A stretch of DNA of 64,000 bases from a virus. Lineage: Duplodnaviria > Caudoviricetes. The translations under genes were made by a program, and so were the position numbers. Positions 48,946 through 58,363 of the stretch are shown one piece after another. The stretch covers positions 21-64,020 of IMG/VR virus record IMGVR_UViG_3300047320_000196, one strand, 5' to 3'. Position 1 is the first letter of the stretch. Every line of letters starts with the position of its first letter. The notes below the pieces were generated by a model that did no database searches, was not told the origin of the DNA, and saw only the letters and a program-made list of their open reading frames with translations.

Positions 48946-50309
48946 TGAGTGTTTCCCCTGTACTTACTAGCGAAGGGACGATTCATCTCGACCTCTTCGT
49001 CAGACGGCTCTCGGTTACCGGCGAAGTTGATGAAACGCGCGTACTGGCCTTGCTGCTGAACTAGACAGGAGCCGACCGGCGCATGCCTACACTTGGGCAT
49101 GATCAGTTCGGTAACGCCGTTCTGCCCCTCTTCGGAGTCATTGTCGCGGTGAACGAGGATGATGCAGTGAGCGTCCGCCTCGATCTGTCCAGAGTCACGC
49201 AGGTCGGAGGCGATTGGCTTCTTACCCGGGCGGTTCGTCGAGTTGCGGTTCAGTTGCGCAAGCAGAATCACAGGCACCTCCAACTCCTTGGCAATGTTCA
49301 CGATGCCGGTCGAGATTTTTCCCAGCTCCGAAGCGCGGTTGAACGCCTTGCCATCGGAGCCGATCAGGCCGATGTAATCGATCACCACCACATCGAGTCC
49401 ATGAGCGCGCTGCGCCTGGCGAGCGATGCTGCGGATGCGCGCCACCGTCAGCCCGGATTTGTCGCAAACGAACAGCGGCACATCCAGGATCTTGCTCACA
49501 GCCGATGTCAGCCGCGGCCAGTCATCGTCCTGCAGCTGTCCGTCATCGAGTTTTCGCAGGTCGATACCGCCGATGGACGCCAACGCACGATTGCCCAGCT
49601 CCTCCTCCGGCATTTCCAACGAAAACACCATGCCGACTCCGGCACCGCTGCACGCGATGTGCTGGGCAATCTGCAGGCCGAGCGTCGTTTTACCGCTCCC
49701 TGGCAGGCCCGCCACGATGGTGACAGTCTTTTTCCGCAGGCCGCGGATCATCTTGTCCAAATCCACCAACCCGGTCGACAAACCTGACTGCACCGTTTTG
49801 TTGAACTTCGCGTCGATGGTGTCAACGTTGCGCGCTACCACCTCATCCATCCGCTTGTAGTCCGGCTCACCGGTTTGCAGGTCGCGTAGATCCGCCATTG
49901 CCTGCTGGGCATTGGCGATGATCTCGGCGACCGGTCGGTTCTCGGTTGCTAGTTCGCGCACCGCGTCAGCAGCGTCCACAAGGCGGCGCAGCACGGCCCG
50001 CTCTGTTACAACCTTGGCGTAAGCCTTCCAGTTGGCGGTGCTTGGCGTGTTACGTGCAAGCTCGCCCGCATAGGCCATGGTGCGAGTGCCGCTTGGTAAA
50101 TACTCGGCGAAGTCATGCAGCGTTACAGGGTCAACGGGACAGCCTGCCGCGTGACAGCCAATCATCGTCTGGAACAGCGCAGCATTCTCTGGGTCATGGA
50201 AGTCCGACACCTGCACTTGGGCTGTAATGGAGTCGAATAAGTCGGAGTCCAACAACATGGCGCCCAATAGAGCGTGCTCCGCCTCATCGCTAAACAGTTC
50301 TCGTGTCAT
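48942..50309 (-). CDS. Replicative helicase, DnaB-like
   Basis: GLPGSGKT, FSLEM, IDYIGL, AQLNR, DLRDSGQIEADA. Confidence 0.95.
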   Translation of the reverse strand: MTRELFSDEAEHALLGAMLLDSDLFDSITAQVQVSDFHDPENAALFQTMIGCHAAGCPVDPVTLHDFAEYLPSGTRTMAYAGELARNTPSTANWKAYAKVVTERAVLRRLVDAADAVRELATENRPVAEIIANAQQAMADLRDLQTGEPDYKRMDEVVARNVDTIDAKFNKTVQSGLSTGLVDLDKMIRGLRKKTVTIVAGLPGSGKTTLGLQIAQHIACSGAGVGMVFSLEMPEEELGNRALASIGGIDLRKLDDGQLQDDDWPRLTSAVSKILDVPLFVCDKSGLTVARIRSIARQAQRAHGLDVVVIDYIGLIGSDGKAFNRASELGKISTGIVNIAKELEVPVILLAQLNRNSTNRPGKKPIASDLRDSGQIEADAHCIILVHRDNDSEEGQNGVTELIMPKCRHAPVGSCLVQQQGQYARFINFAGNREPSDEEVEMNRPFASKYRGNTQ

Positions 50310-51109
50310 ACAGCACCTCGCGCGGATGCCCAGTTGAACCCAATGGCTTTCCCGCCGGCCTGGCGCAGGCGGTCGAGCGCTCGGTCTCCGATGTAACGAG
50401 CCAGATCCGCAGCAGCCAAGTTGGAAACCACGACAGTCGGCAACACGAGCTGGTAACGGTGATCGATCACCTCATGAAGAGCGCCTAGTTCATATGCGCT
50501 GCCGCTTTGAGCACCAATTTCATCAATCACCAGCAAGTCGAAACTCGCCAGCTCGTCGAGGACATCTTTGTCCGAATACTCGGCACTGCGATCCATCGCT
50601 CTCTTGAAGACGCGGATGATCTCAGCTGCGGTGACGATTACCGCTTGAGCTCCATGCTCACGGATGACTGCCTGGACCATCGCGCAAGCAAGATGGGTTT
50701 TCCCGTTACCGACATTGCCGGAAAGGACAAGTGAACGGCCGGCGGCATAGTTGTCGGTAAATTGGGCAACATAGTTTTCACAGGCACCTAGAGCTTTGGC
50801 CATACCAGCCCCTCCTTCAGCGGTCCTGTAGGTGTCGAAGGTGCACCCTCTGAAACGTGGGGAGATACCAGAGCCTACAAGCAGCCTGTTTAGGTCTTCG
50901 GCTTTCTTCCTACCTCTCGCCAGGATGTGTGCCTCCGTCGACTTCGGAGCAGTGTGCAGAGCCTCCCAGTGACAATGCTTGCAGCCCCGTGGCAAAACAG
51001 AGCCGTCGAACTGCTCAATCTCGGAACTGCTCACCGAGCCATGCATCGGGCATTCGAGATCAAAGAAGCGGACACGAGGCTGTCTGAAAAAATTAGAAAT
51101 TCGCGCCAC
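50306..51109 (-). CDS. DnaC/IstB-like helicase loader ATPase
   Basis: GNVGNGKTHLA, LLVIDEIG, DRL; GTG start inferred. Confidence 0.9.
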   Translation of the reverse strand: MARISNFFRQPRVRFFDLECPMHGSVSSSEIEQFDGSVLPRGCKHCHWEALHTAPKSTEAHILARGRKKAEDLNRLLVGSGISPRFRGCTFDTYRTAEGGAGMAKALGACENYVAQFTDNYAAGRSLVLSGNVGNGKTHLACAMVQAVIREHGAQAVIVTAAEIIRVFKRAMDRSAEYSDKDVLDELASFDLLVIDEIGAQSGSAYELGALHEVIDHRYQLVLPTVVVSNLAAADLARYIGDRALDRLRQAGGKAIGFNWASARGAV

Positions 51110-51827
51110 TCGGCACCTCCGGATACATCTCTTGCGTATGGTTCGGCAGACCGTGAAAGGCCGAGCTTGGGTTGACACCCGCAGGCTTAAGTACGTCGTG
51201 CCACCGTTCACCGTTCAGCCAGGTGGCGGCGTTCGGGATGTACCGTCCGCCGTCCTTGGTCCAGTCCTCGGAAATGCAGTGACTGCACAAAGCGGTGATC
51301 AGAGTCTGATGTAACTCGACGTTCGGCTTCAGCTTCGCCCAAGCTTTGGCAGCGTCCTTGCGTCCCTTCTTCTTCGGGTACAGCTTCCAAAATTGTTCAA
51401 ACCCTTCCAACAGGTCCGTGTCCGGAGTGACCATAGGTTTAGGTTCATTGACTGGTTCAGAAGAGTGACTGGTTCTGGTGCTTTCTGGGCCTACACCCCC
51501 TGTAGGCTGTGGGCCTACACCTGTGCTTTCTGGGCCTACAGGTGTGCTGTTTCGGCCTACACCTCCGAAGGTCAAAAAATACAAGTTCGTCGAGTTACCT
51601 TTTGGGCCGTCCCTGTTCTCAATACGCAGCAAACCTTGAGCTTCCAATTGCTTGATATGCTTGCGCACAGTGCTCCGGTCGATCTCACATTGATCTGCAA
51701 TGTGCTGGTAAGAGGGCCAGCACTCACCCTGGTCACTGGCGTTATCTGCCAACTTGATTAGCACCAGCTTGCGCAGAGGATTGCCGACCTTGGTTTTCAT
51801 GGCCTTGACCATCAATTCCATGCTCAT
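51093..51827 (-). CDS. Replication initiator (O-like, N-terminal HTH)
   Basis: KLVLIKLADNA..G.CWPS; FEQFWKLYPKK; ATWLNGERW. Confidence 0.88.
   Translation of the reverse strand: MSMELMVKAMKTKVGNPLRKLVLIKLADNASDQGECWPSYQHIADQCEIDRSTVRKHIKQLEAQGLLRIENRDGPKGNSTNLYFLTFGGVGRNSTPVGPESTGVGPQPTGGVGPESTRTSHSSEPVNEPKPMVTPDTDLLEGFEQFWKLYPKKKGRKDAAKAWAKLKPNVELHQTLITALCSHCISEDWTKDGGRYIPNAATWLNGERWHDVLKPAGVNPSSAFHGLPNHTQEMYPEVPSGANF
51487..51561. repeat. Iteron-like repeats, probable phage origin
   Basis: 4 x GGCCTACA at 24/21/21-bp spacing inside the initiator gene. Confidence 0.75.
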
Positions 51828-51830
51828 AGG

Positions 51831-52052
51831 TCAGAGCTCCATCTCGTCTGTCACACGCTTGATGAAGGCGTCATAGGATTCAGCCATGACGAATCCCTGA
51901 TCCTCCAGCGCCTGTCGATACGCCTTGGCGCTGCCGTAAAGCACCCAGCGATCACGCTCAGGGAGATTTCGGAAACTGGTATAGACAGGCCAAGGTCCAG
52001 CTATCTTGCAGGGCGTGGTGGGCTCCACAGGCGACTTAAGGAGAGACCTCAC
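51831..52052 (-). CDS. Phage hypothetical protein
   Basis: 73 aa, in early-right operon. Confidence 0.6.
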   Translation of the reverse strand: MRSLLKSPVEPTTPCKIAGPWPVYTSFRNLPERDRWVLYGSAKAYRQALEDQGFVMAESYDAFIKRVTDEMEL

Positions 52053-52128
52053 TTAGTTTTCTCCCGGCCTACGATGTGTGCCGAACCCGATGAATCAGCT
52101 CTCGGTGTCATAGGAATATTTGGCAGGC

Positions 52129-52503
52129 TCATGCGTCGAACTCCACGCTGCAATAACCACCCGCGGCATGCACTCGCCGAGTTCCGTAGAGTTTCAGGTT
52201 TACAGCCTCACAATCCCCCCGATAACGATCGTACTCAGGGCCGGTACCGACACCTTGATTCTTGACCCAATCTGGCAACGAGCCACGCGCGCGCATTTCG
52301 TTGAGAAAGGTCCACCATCTAACCGCATGCTTCCGCTCGGCCTGGATGAGCTCCGCGACCGCGATGCGTTGCTCTTCGGTCAAACCATGCAGCGCACTCC
52401 CTTTTTTGGCTTCGTACAACGTAACGTCAGAATCTCGTACCTGAGGACGAGGGAATGCATGCACATTCGAACTGACTTGTTCACTACGGATTGCGTGTGC
52501 CAT
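52129..52503 (-). CDS. Phage hypothetical protein
   Basis: GAGGT RBS before MAHAIRS. Confidence 0.6.
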   Translation of the reverse strand: MAHAIRSEQVSSNVHAFPRPQVRDSDVTLYEAKKGSALHGLTEEQRIAVAELIQAERKHAVRWWTFLNEMRARGSLPDWVKNQGVGTGPEYDRYRGDCEAVNLKLYGTRRVHAAGGYCSVEFDA

Positions 52504-52650
52504 GATTAGTACCTCTGTGAGATGTGTTGTCCTGGTTGCACAGGACGATTTGATAAGCCCGGTTCCCGCCGGGTTTGTTACTTTCTGGACCGGGCGACTT
52601 TCATCATCCACCAGTTTTAAATAATGCAAGTTCTGTCCTGGCTGGCGTGT

Positions 52651-53073
52651 TCACGCCGCCTTCACCGATTCTTCAAGCATCAGCAAGCTCTGCCGCACAT
52701 GGCCGATTTCTTTCTGGATGCCTGCCTTCTCGATCTGCGTTACACGCCCATCAGCCATCGCATCATGGACAGCCCGGGAAACGTCCCCGGACTCAGCTGC
52801 CAAGTGCACCAAGGCTTGAACCAGACTTTTGCCTTCAGGCTTAACCAGCGGCACCAACTCGTACCCCAGAGCACTCGCCAGTAACTGCAACGGCTCAGGG
52901 TTCTTGCTGTGCACCAGAATCTGTAGGAACTGCTCCAGGTTCAGTCGGTGCGAATCGTCATTTGGGTTACTGCGGTTGAGCAACGCGGTGTGGCTCATGC
53001 CCATCAGGTGCGCCAGTTGCTTAGGACCCGCATCAAGCACTGCTTCATGAATTGCGCGATGTACCTGTTCCAT
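52651..53073 (-). CDS. CII-like regulator
   Basis: LAHLMGMS...L.N..NPN; ESGDV...DGRVT..E. Confidence 0.8.
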   Translation of the reverse strand: MEQVHRAIHEAVLDAGPKQLAHLMGMSHTALLNRSNPNDDSHRLNLEQFLQILVHSKNPEPLQLLASALGYELVPLVKPEGKSLVQALVHLAAESGDVSRAVHDAMADGRVTQIEKAGIQKEIGHVRQSLLMLEESVKAA

Positions 53074-53141
53074 CTCGGGAAACCCCTTCGTTGTTGTCGT
53101 GGCGGCACGTCTTGTCGATGAGCGAAACTTTGCTCATCGGA

Positions 53142-53387
53142 TCAGGCGGCAGATTGCTCGGAGCTGGTAGGTGAATTGCGCAGATAAGCCCAGTCGATAT
53201 CAGGACGCAGTTCTTCACACGTCACCGCCCTCCCCGACTCGCGATCAAGATTGATGGCGAGCCCAGGACCAGCCAGGCGATATCCGTAGGCAATCTGTTT
53301 GAGGTTGCCGACGCTGGTGCCGCTTCGCTCTGCTAGAGCATCCAGTTGTGCCGGCTCCAAGGAGCGGATGAGGTCGAGTAGCGTCAT
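53142..53387 (-). CDS. Cro-like (YdaS-type) HTH regulator
   Basis: HTH, VTCEELRPDIDW; divergent from cI. Confidence 0.88.
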   Translation of the reverse strand: MTLLDLIRSLEPAQLDALAERSGTSVGNLKQIAYGYRLAGPGLAINLDRESGRAVTCEELRPDIDWAYLRNSPTSSEQSAA

Positions 53388-53409
53388 GGTGATCTCCGAA
53401 AGAGCTCCA

Positions 53410-53467
53410 GATTACACAATGCTAAATCGCATAGCAATAGCGATTAGTAATTTACCAACTGCTAAAT
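53410..53467. promoter_or_regulatory. Putative CI/Cro operators (oR)
   Basis: ATTTACCAACTGCTAAAT (53450-53467) and GATTACACAATGCTAAAT (53410-53427) imperfect palindromes. Confidence 0.6.
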
Positions 53468-53485
53468 CGAGACCACTATTCGCCT

Positions 53486-53911
53486 ATGGATATGAAAACT
53501 CTTCGGGTCGACGCGCTGCGGCGCGTAATCGGCCAACTCAGCCAGAAAGAATTCGCCGACCAGCACGATCTGGATGCTTCCTATTTGTCGCAGATCCTCA
53601 ATGGGCATCGAGGCTTGGGCGAAAAAGCGGCGCTTAATCTTGAGCAGAAGATCGGCTTGGCACCTGGCGTACTGGTTAACCCGGGCAACTACGGTTCGAA
53701 CGTTATCGAGGGCGAGTTCACTCGTCATGAGGTCGTTCGCGAACAGTCCCCTGCTTACCAAGCGATGCTAGGAACAGCCTCCCCCAGGGCGATTGCCATC
53801 ATCGATAAGCTGGCCAGAGCCGCAGCTAAGGGCAAGCTTAAGGAGTCGGATCTGGTGCTGCTGGAAGGCATCGCCGGCCTCCTCGAGAAAGCCAACTCCG
53901 AAAAGCCATAA
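53486..53911 (+). CDS. CI-like repressor without S24 peptidase domain
   Basis: HTH (SYLSQILNGHRGLGEKAA..LE); only 141 aa. Confidence 0.8.
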   Translation: MDMKTLRVDALRRVIGQLSQKEFADQHDLDASYLSQILNGHRGLGEKAALNLEQKIGLAPGVLVNPGNYGSNVIEGEFTRHEVVREQSPAYQAMLGTASPRAIAIIDKLARAAAKGKLKESDLVLLEGIAGLLEKANSEKP

Positions 53912-53923
53912 ACCCCAGATAGC

Positions 53924-53947
53924 AAAAGCCCGGCGCTAGGCCGGGCT
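53924..53947. terminator. Intrinsic terminator between convergent cI and ant; 21-bp repeat copy 1
   Basis: AAAAGCCCGGCGCTAGGCCGGGCT hairpin. Confidence 0.7.
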
Positions 53948-53955
53948 CTCTCCTT

Positions 53956-54753
53956 CTACTTCAGCAACTCCTCTTCCCTGCTCTGCCACATAGCCTGAAG
54001 CTTGGTCAGCCCCTTCCCTGTGATCAGCGTCGAGCACGTCGGGATTGTGCCGTCGATTGGATGCTCAAAAGTACCCAGTTTCACATCGAGCAGGCCCGCT
54101 TCTATCTTCGCCTGGTAGGGCTCATTGTTCCTCGTCACCCAACCTTCCTTGCGCATGAACCGCAGCAACCGAGTGCGACCAGTACCGATGATCTTCGCCG
54201 CTTGGGCTGAGTTGTAGGTTTTGTGTGACACCGTGACCATGTCGTGGAAAGCCACCTTCGGAGCGTCCTGCTCAACCTTCACTTCCAGTTCGTGGTTCTC
54301 TTTAGAGAGCTCAATGTTGTCCGCTTCCAACGCAACGACCTTTGTCACGTTCTCGGTGAGCAGCGCCAGGAGCGTGCGGGGGTTGCTTAGCGCTGCTGCG
54401 TAGTCGAAGGCCGGCTTAGCAATTTGCTCTTCCAACTCTTGCCAGCGGTCAACCAGGCGAGCAGTGAACTCCGGGCAAAGCTGGGCGACCACAATGAAGC
54501 TGTCACGCTTGTTGACCAAGTAAACTTCTAGAGGCCGCGCGCCGGCGCCTTCGTGTGAGGTTTCCACCGACGGTGTAAAGCTCACAACGCCCTTCTGCTG
54601 AAGGCGTTCGATGGTGCGCTTCACGCTATCGTGGCGCGAACCGACCAGCTCGGAGATATCAATGGAAGATATAGTCCGCAACACGTGTTGGTGAATCTGA
54701 AAATCTGTCGCTGCGCCGGCTGGATACCCTTGTTGGCTCAAGGAGTTGTTCAT
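53956..54753 (-). CDS. Antirepressor (Rha-like N-terminus + KilA-C/ANT domain)
   Basis: ISSIDISEL...H..V.R.I; ARLVDRWQELE; APKVAFHD; ITGKG. Confidence 0.88.
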   Translation of the reverse strand: MNNSLSQQGYPAGAATDFQIHQHVLRTISSIDISELVGSRHDSVKRTIERLQQKGVVSFTPSVETSHEGAGARPLEVYLVNKRDSFIVVAQLCPEFTARLVDRWQELEEQIAKPAFDYAAALSNPRTLLALLTENVTKVVALEADNIELSKENHELEVKVEQDAPKVAFHDMVTVSHKTYNSAQAAKIIGTGRTRLLRFMRKEGWVTRNNEPYQAKIEAGLLDVKLGTFEHPIDGTIPTCSTLITGKGLTKLQAMWQSREEELLK

Positions 54754-55061
54754 GCGAGCTTCTCCAGGCCTTCACCCACAGAGTCAATCACCGCCTTGGC
54801 TGATTCGACGGCCATATGGAGCAACCATGCTTGACTCGGAGAGATAGTGACCTGCTGCATCCCAGCCTCACACAGCGACTCCCTCACGCTATAGAGAATG
54901 CAGGACGCCTGGTTAAGCGCATCCACGGCTGGCAAGCTCGCCTGCACTGCAAAAAGATGCTGTTTCTCAACATTGCAAACGGTGAAGGTGCTCTCAACGG
55001 TAAGCGGCTCCTTGGTAGCGCCGGCATTGAGTTTTTCGTTTACTTCGGTATGCTTGTCCAT
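54750..55061 (-). CDS. DUF3077-like protein
   Basis: LFAVQASLPAVDALNQASC, ESAKAVIDS. Confidence 0.7.
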   Translation of the reverse strand: MDKHTEVNEKLNAGATKEPLTVESTFTVCNVEKQHLFAVQASLPAVDALNQASCILYSVRESLCEAGMQQVTISPSQAWLLHMAVESAKAVIDSVGEGLEKLA

Positions 55062-55129
55062 GACGTTTTCTTCTTGGTAGTTGATCTCGTTACCTGAAGC
55101 CCTGGCCTGCACGCCGGGGCTTCTTCGTT

Positions 55130-55285
55130 TTAGGCTATTGCCTGCTCTTGTCGCTTCTTTGCCGCCGTCAGCCAGAAGACAATTTCGGCTGTCTGGGACC
55201 GGCAATTTTCCTTCGCGTTTTGCTCCACCCATTCCTTTACCTCCTCCGGTAGCCTCAGGTTGAACTGTGGATCTTTCCTGCCCAT
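55130..55285 (-). CDS. Arc-like ribbon-helix-helix repressor (51 aa, not in ORF track)
   Basis: MGRKDPQFNLRLPEEVKEWVEQNAKENCRSQTAEI versus P22 Arc PQFNLRWP...AEENGRSVNSEI; AGGAGAGG RBS. Confidence 0.85.
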   Translation of the reverse strand: MGRKDPQFNLRLPEEVKEWVEQNAKENCRSQTAEIVFWLTAAKKRQEQAIA

Positions 55286-55304
55286 AACCCTCTCCTTTCC
55301 GTAT

Positions 55305-55364
55305 AGCACTTTGCTTTGTTTTCATTAAAGCACTTTGCTTTATTGCCGTCTATAGCAAAGTGCT
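55305..55364. promoter_or_regulatory. Three operator repeats AGCACTTTGCT
   Basis: 55305-55315, 55329-55339 and inverted 55354-55364, between divergent RHH genes. Confidence 0.75.
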
Positions 55365-55378
55365 ACAGAATCCGCCGC

Positions 55379-55813
55379 ATGAGCAAAGAAGAACTGCAGG
55401 TCAATTTCAGAATGCCGGCCAGCCTCAAGCGCGACCTTGAAGCTGCGGCAAAATCAAACGGGCGATCACTTACGTCCGAAGTAGTTCTGCGGCTGGAGGT
55501 TAGCGTTGCGCTGGACACTCCGCGGCCGGATAGATACTTGTCGGCAGACCGGGCTCGTGCGCTTGCCGATTTTGCGAGGAAGGATGTCGCTACGCTGGTT
55601 CAGGAAAATGTTCAGAGATCTATTCTTGTGTCAGCCCATAGCGGCAACACCGAAGCCGTCGTGAGTCTTGAGGACTATGATCTGGCCCAATTGCCTCCAG
55701 AAAAGCTTGAATTCCTCAGCAAGATTGTTCGAGCCCTTGAAGAGCAAGGCTATAGGGTGAAGGTGAATGACCTGAGCAGTATCCACATTGATTTCTCGGC
55801 TCCTTCCGCCTAG
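55379..55813 (+). CDS. Mnt-like Arc-family repressor
   Basis: QVNFRMPASLKRDLEAAAKSNGRSLTSEVVLRLE. Confidence 0.8.
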   Translation: MSKEELQVNFRMPASLKRDLEAAAKSNGRSLTSEVVLRLEVSVALDTPRPDRYLSADRARALADFARKDVATLVQENVQRSILVSAHSGNTEAVVSLEDYDLAQLPPEKLEFLSKIVRALEEQGYRVKVNDLSSIHIDFSAPSA

Positions 55814-55869
55814 CCCCCCCCCGTCATCAAGTTATGGCAATCATCACCATAACTGAATCGAGTGAACCG

Positions 55870-55891
55870 AGCCCGGCCCGCCGGGCTTTTT
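55870..55891 (+). terminator. Intrinsic terminator
   Basis: GAGCCCGGCCCGCCGGGCTTTTT. Confidence 0.7.
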
Positions 55892-56127
55892 AATGTCTGT
55901 ACGAATCGGTGTAAAGCTCTGCGTCTTTTCAGAATTGTCCTAATAGTTTTCGGACAGGATCGCGCGAAATACTTATAGATTGTGGCACTCGCCAATTGCG
56001 TTGAATGATCGTTCAGATCAGTCATGCTGTTTCCTGCCATTGATTGGGACTGGAAACAGTTTGAGGCTAAAGGATACTTGTCAGATAGACCTGACATACT
56101 GACATGACACTATGTCAGATTGTTATG

Positions 56128-57129
56128 TCAGGCTTTTGGAAGATCGTCGGGCTTTATGGCTGCGGCTAGCTCCGCGAGCTTCCGAGCGTTTTCTCCAGTG
56201 CGGCCGGCGAGGAACGTAGCGACCGTCTTTTGAATGCCGTAGGGTGCTGGCTTGGATCTATCGTGCTCCGCCCAATGAACCAGTGCTGCATCCCTCATAG
56301 CCTCGAGTTGTTTAGTTGCGTAGGGGAAAATCAGGCCACTGACTAGTTCGGCAGCCTGGCTTGGGAGGCGCCCTTGGGAATGATGTTTTCGTAACTCCTG
56401 TGTTAACCCTACGATGACCTTGTCGTCATCTCGAATTTTTTCGATATAGTCAGTTAATTGCCGATCCAAAGCTGCACCCATTCGTTCGGCCTGTTCTGCA
56501 CGCTCCTGCATGGCTGCAAACTCTTTGTGGTCATGCATGAGCATATTTTTCATATCGGCTAGAGCCCTTTTACCATCTTGGGCACGTCGTCCTTGCAGCT
56601 CGGCTTCGACCGCTTCTCGTGCAGCTTTTTCTTGCTCAAGTTGCAGCCGCAGATCCTCAAACTGCGCAGCGCTAGGCTGATCGGGTATATCTTTGATCCT
56701 GGCAGCTAATTCTTCAATATCAGAGGGCTTAAAATACACCGGATACCCTTCATCATCCTCGACAACCGCTTCCCAATAGTCGTGATCCGCTCGAATAGCT
56801 AGCTCATGATTTTGTGGAACTGGCTCATATCTGGCGCCTTCCAGGCTCAGTCTACGTTTTTCCGGCGTTCCCTTTTTTTTGTCCGCCTTTTTAATGGTCT
56901 CGGAACCGAGAACAAGCTGAAAGCCGCGCCCGATTACTTCTACCTCGTGACCTGCATCGTTGATGTAATGGCCAGTTAAACCGAGCGCCTGAATGTAAAC
57001 ATCACACTGCTTTGAGAAGACAAGCCTCGATAGCTCTTTCGAGCCTATTGGAGATCCAGTGAGAGTGCTTAGCCAATCCACAGCCTGTGCCATGTCTAGC
57101 CAATTTAGAAGACGATAAATACGTTCCAT
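56128..57129 (-). CDS. Hypothetical protein, possibly DNA-binding, with coiled coil
   Basis: 333 aa; WLDMAQAVDWL HTH-like N-terminus. Confidence 0.65.
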   Translation of the reverse strand: MERIYRLLNWLDMAQAVDWLSTLTGSPIGSKELSRLVFSKQCDVYIQALGLTGHYINDAGHEVEVIGRGFQLVLGSETIKKADKKKGTPEKRRLSLEGARYEPVPQNHELAIRADHDYWEAVVEDDEGYPVYFKPSDIEELAARIKDIPDQPSAAQFEDLRLQLEQEKAAREAVEAELQGRRAQDGKRALADMKNMLMHDHKEFAAMQERAEQAERMGAALDRQLTDYIEKIRDDDKVIVGLTQELRKHHSQGRLPSQAAELVSGLIFPYATKQLEAMRDAALVHWAEHDRSKPAPYGIQKTVATFLAGRTGENARKLAELAAAIKPDDLPKA

Positions 57130-57236
57130 TTCTACGCCCTCTCAAGCGCTCTGTATTAAAATAGATTGCCGAATCGAACGGTGGGCCCTGCTCTCAATTC
57201 ACTCCGGATAGGCCGATAAAGTTGAGAAAGCACACA

Positions 57237-57252
57237 CTGTCTATCCAACCAG
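57237..57252. promoter_or_regulatory. Possible LexA box
   Basis: CTGTCTATCCAACCAG (CTG-N10-CAG), ~110 bp upstream of 57129. Confidence 0.45.
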
Positions 57253-57529
57253 CAATGTCACCAGTCTAACGCCAGTTAGCAAAATGTAACAGTCGGAAAC
57301 GAGCTTGATGCTCTCTAGCCAATACCGATATGCGGACATGAGCTCTAAACCGACCCGATCAGGATTTGTCATTCAGTACGGAGCGCGGAGCGAATGAGAG
57401 ACGCGAAAATTCAACACACCTAATCGATGAAACGGGGCTATCGGACCAGAAGCATCGAAAGGCTGTTCAGGCAAACAAGCGGGATCACAGAAAAGCCCGC
57501 AATAGCGGGCTGATCGTTATGTGGGAAAG

Positions 57530-58363
57530 TCACCGAATCGTAGTTTTAGAAGGAATGCTGTTGAAATAACCACAGAATAAATTGTAAGGGCCACGATCAC
57601 AGGTTTCTGGGTTAGATATTGTCCTCCCAGAGTTGTCTGTATTTTTCGCCGGAGTTTGTCCAGGCTTATGCGACCACATACCATTCGAGTCACGCCGATA
57701 CCAGTGGTAGTCGAAAAGCCGGGTGCTGAAGAAACGACCAAGGCAATGATCTGCCCATCGGCGGGAGACACATCAGGATTTTTTACGACAATTTGACCAT
57801 CCCGTACTGCTGCTTGGCCGGTATCCGGACACGTTGGGGGATAGGGCCCTTCCTGTCCGCTTCCTTTTCCTGGCTGTGCAAATGTGTTGGTGATCTTGTC
57901 ACTGGCATAATTATAACAATTATTATGCAATCTTATCGCGTCGGAGCTGTTCCATTTCGTTGAATCAAATGGCGGTGCAGCCGCCACACCGCCTTTTACG
58001 TTTTTTCCACTTCACCCTTTATAAAGCCTATTTCGTCTGAGCTTAAAGCGGTCCCCGCCGCATCAATTAGAAATGCTTCGACCTCACTATCGTTATCAAT
58101 CAGATTAGGTACTGCAAGGCTTGCAGGCTCCACAATACCGTCGAACACTCTAAACTGCATAGTTTCAGAGAAGACAGGCGTGGTCGCATGCGTCACAACC
58201 AAACCGCGATAGCCAAGCTTTCCTAACGAACCAGGAGATGTGGTGGTTGATATTCTTTCCTTCTAGACATCATCTTCAGGAATTTTTTGGCATCTGCCTC
58301 AGACAACTCCCATGACGGATTTTGCCTCCCGGAATACATATCTAACGTTACGATGATTGACAT
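57530..58363 (-). pseudogene. Frameshifted papain-like Cys-His fold protein
   Basis: LDMYSGRQNPSW; NNCYNYA, DYHWYR and WSHKPG recovered by restoring three single bases. Confidence 0.7.

Noticed and set aside
54750-55325. 191-aa extended ORF from the track
   Set aside because: True start is likely 55061; the extension overlaps the Arc gene in another frame
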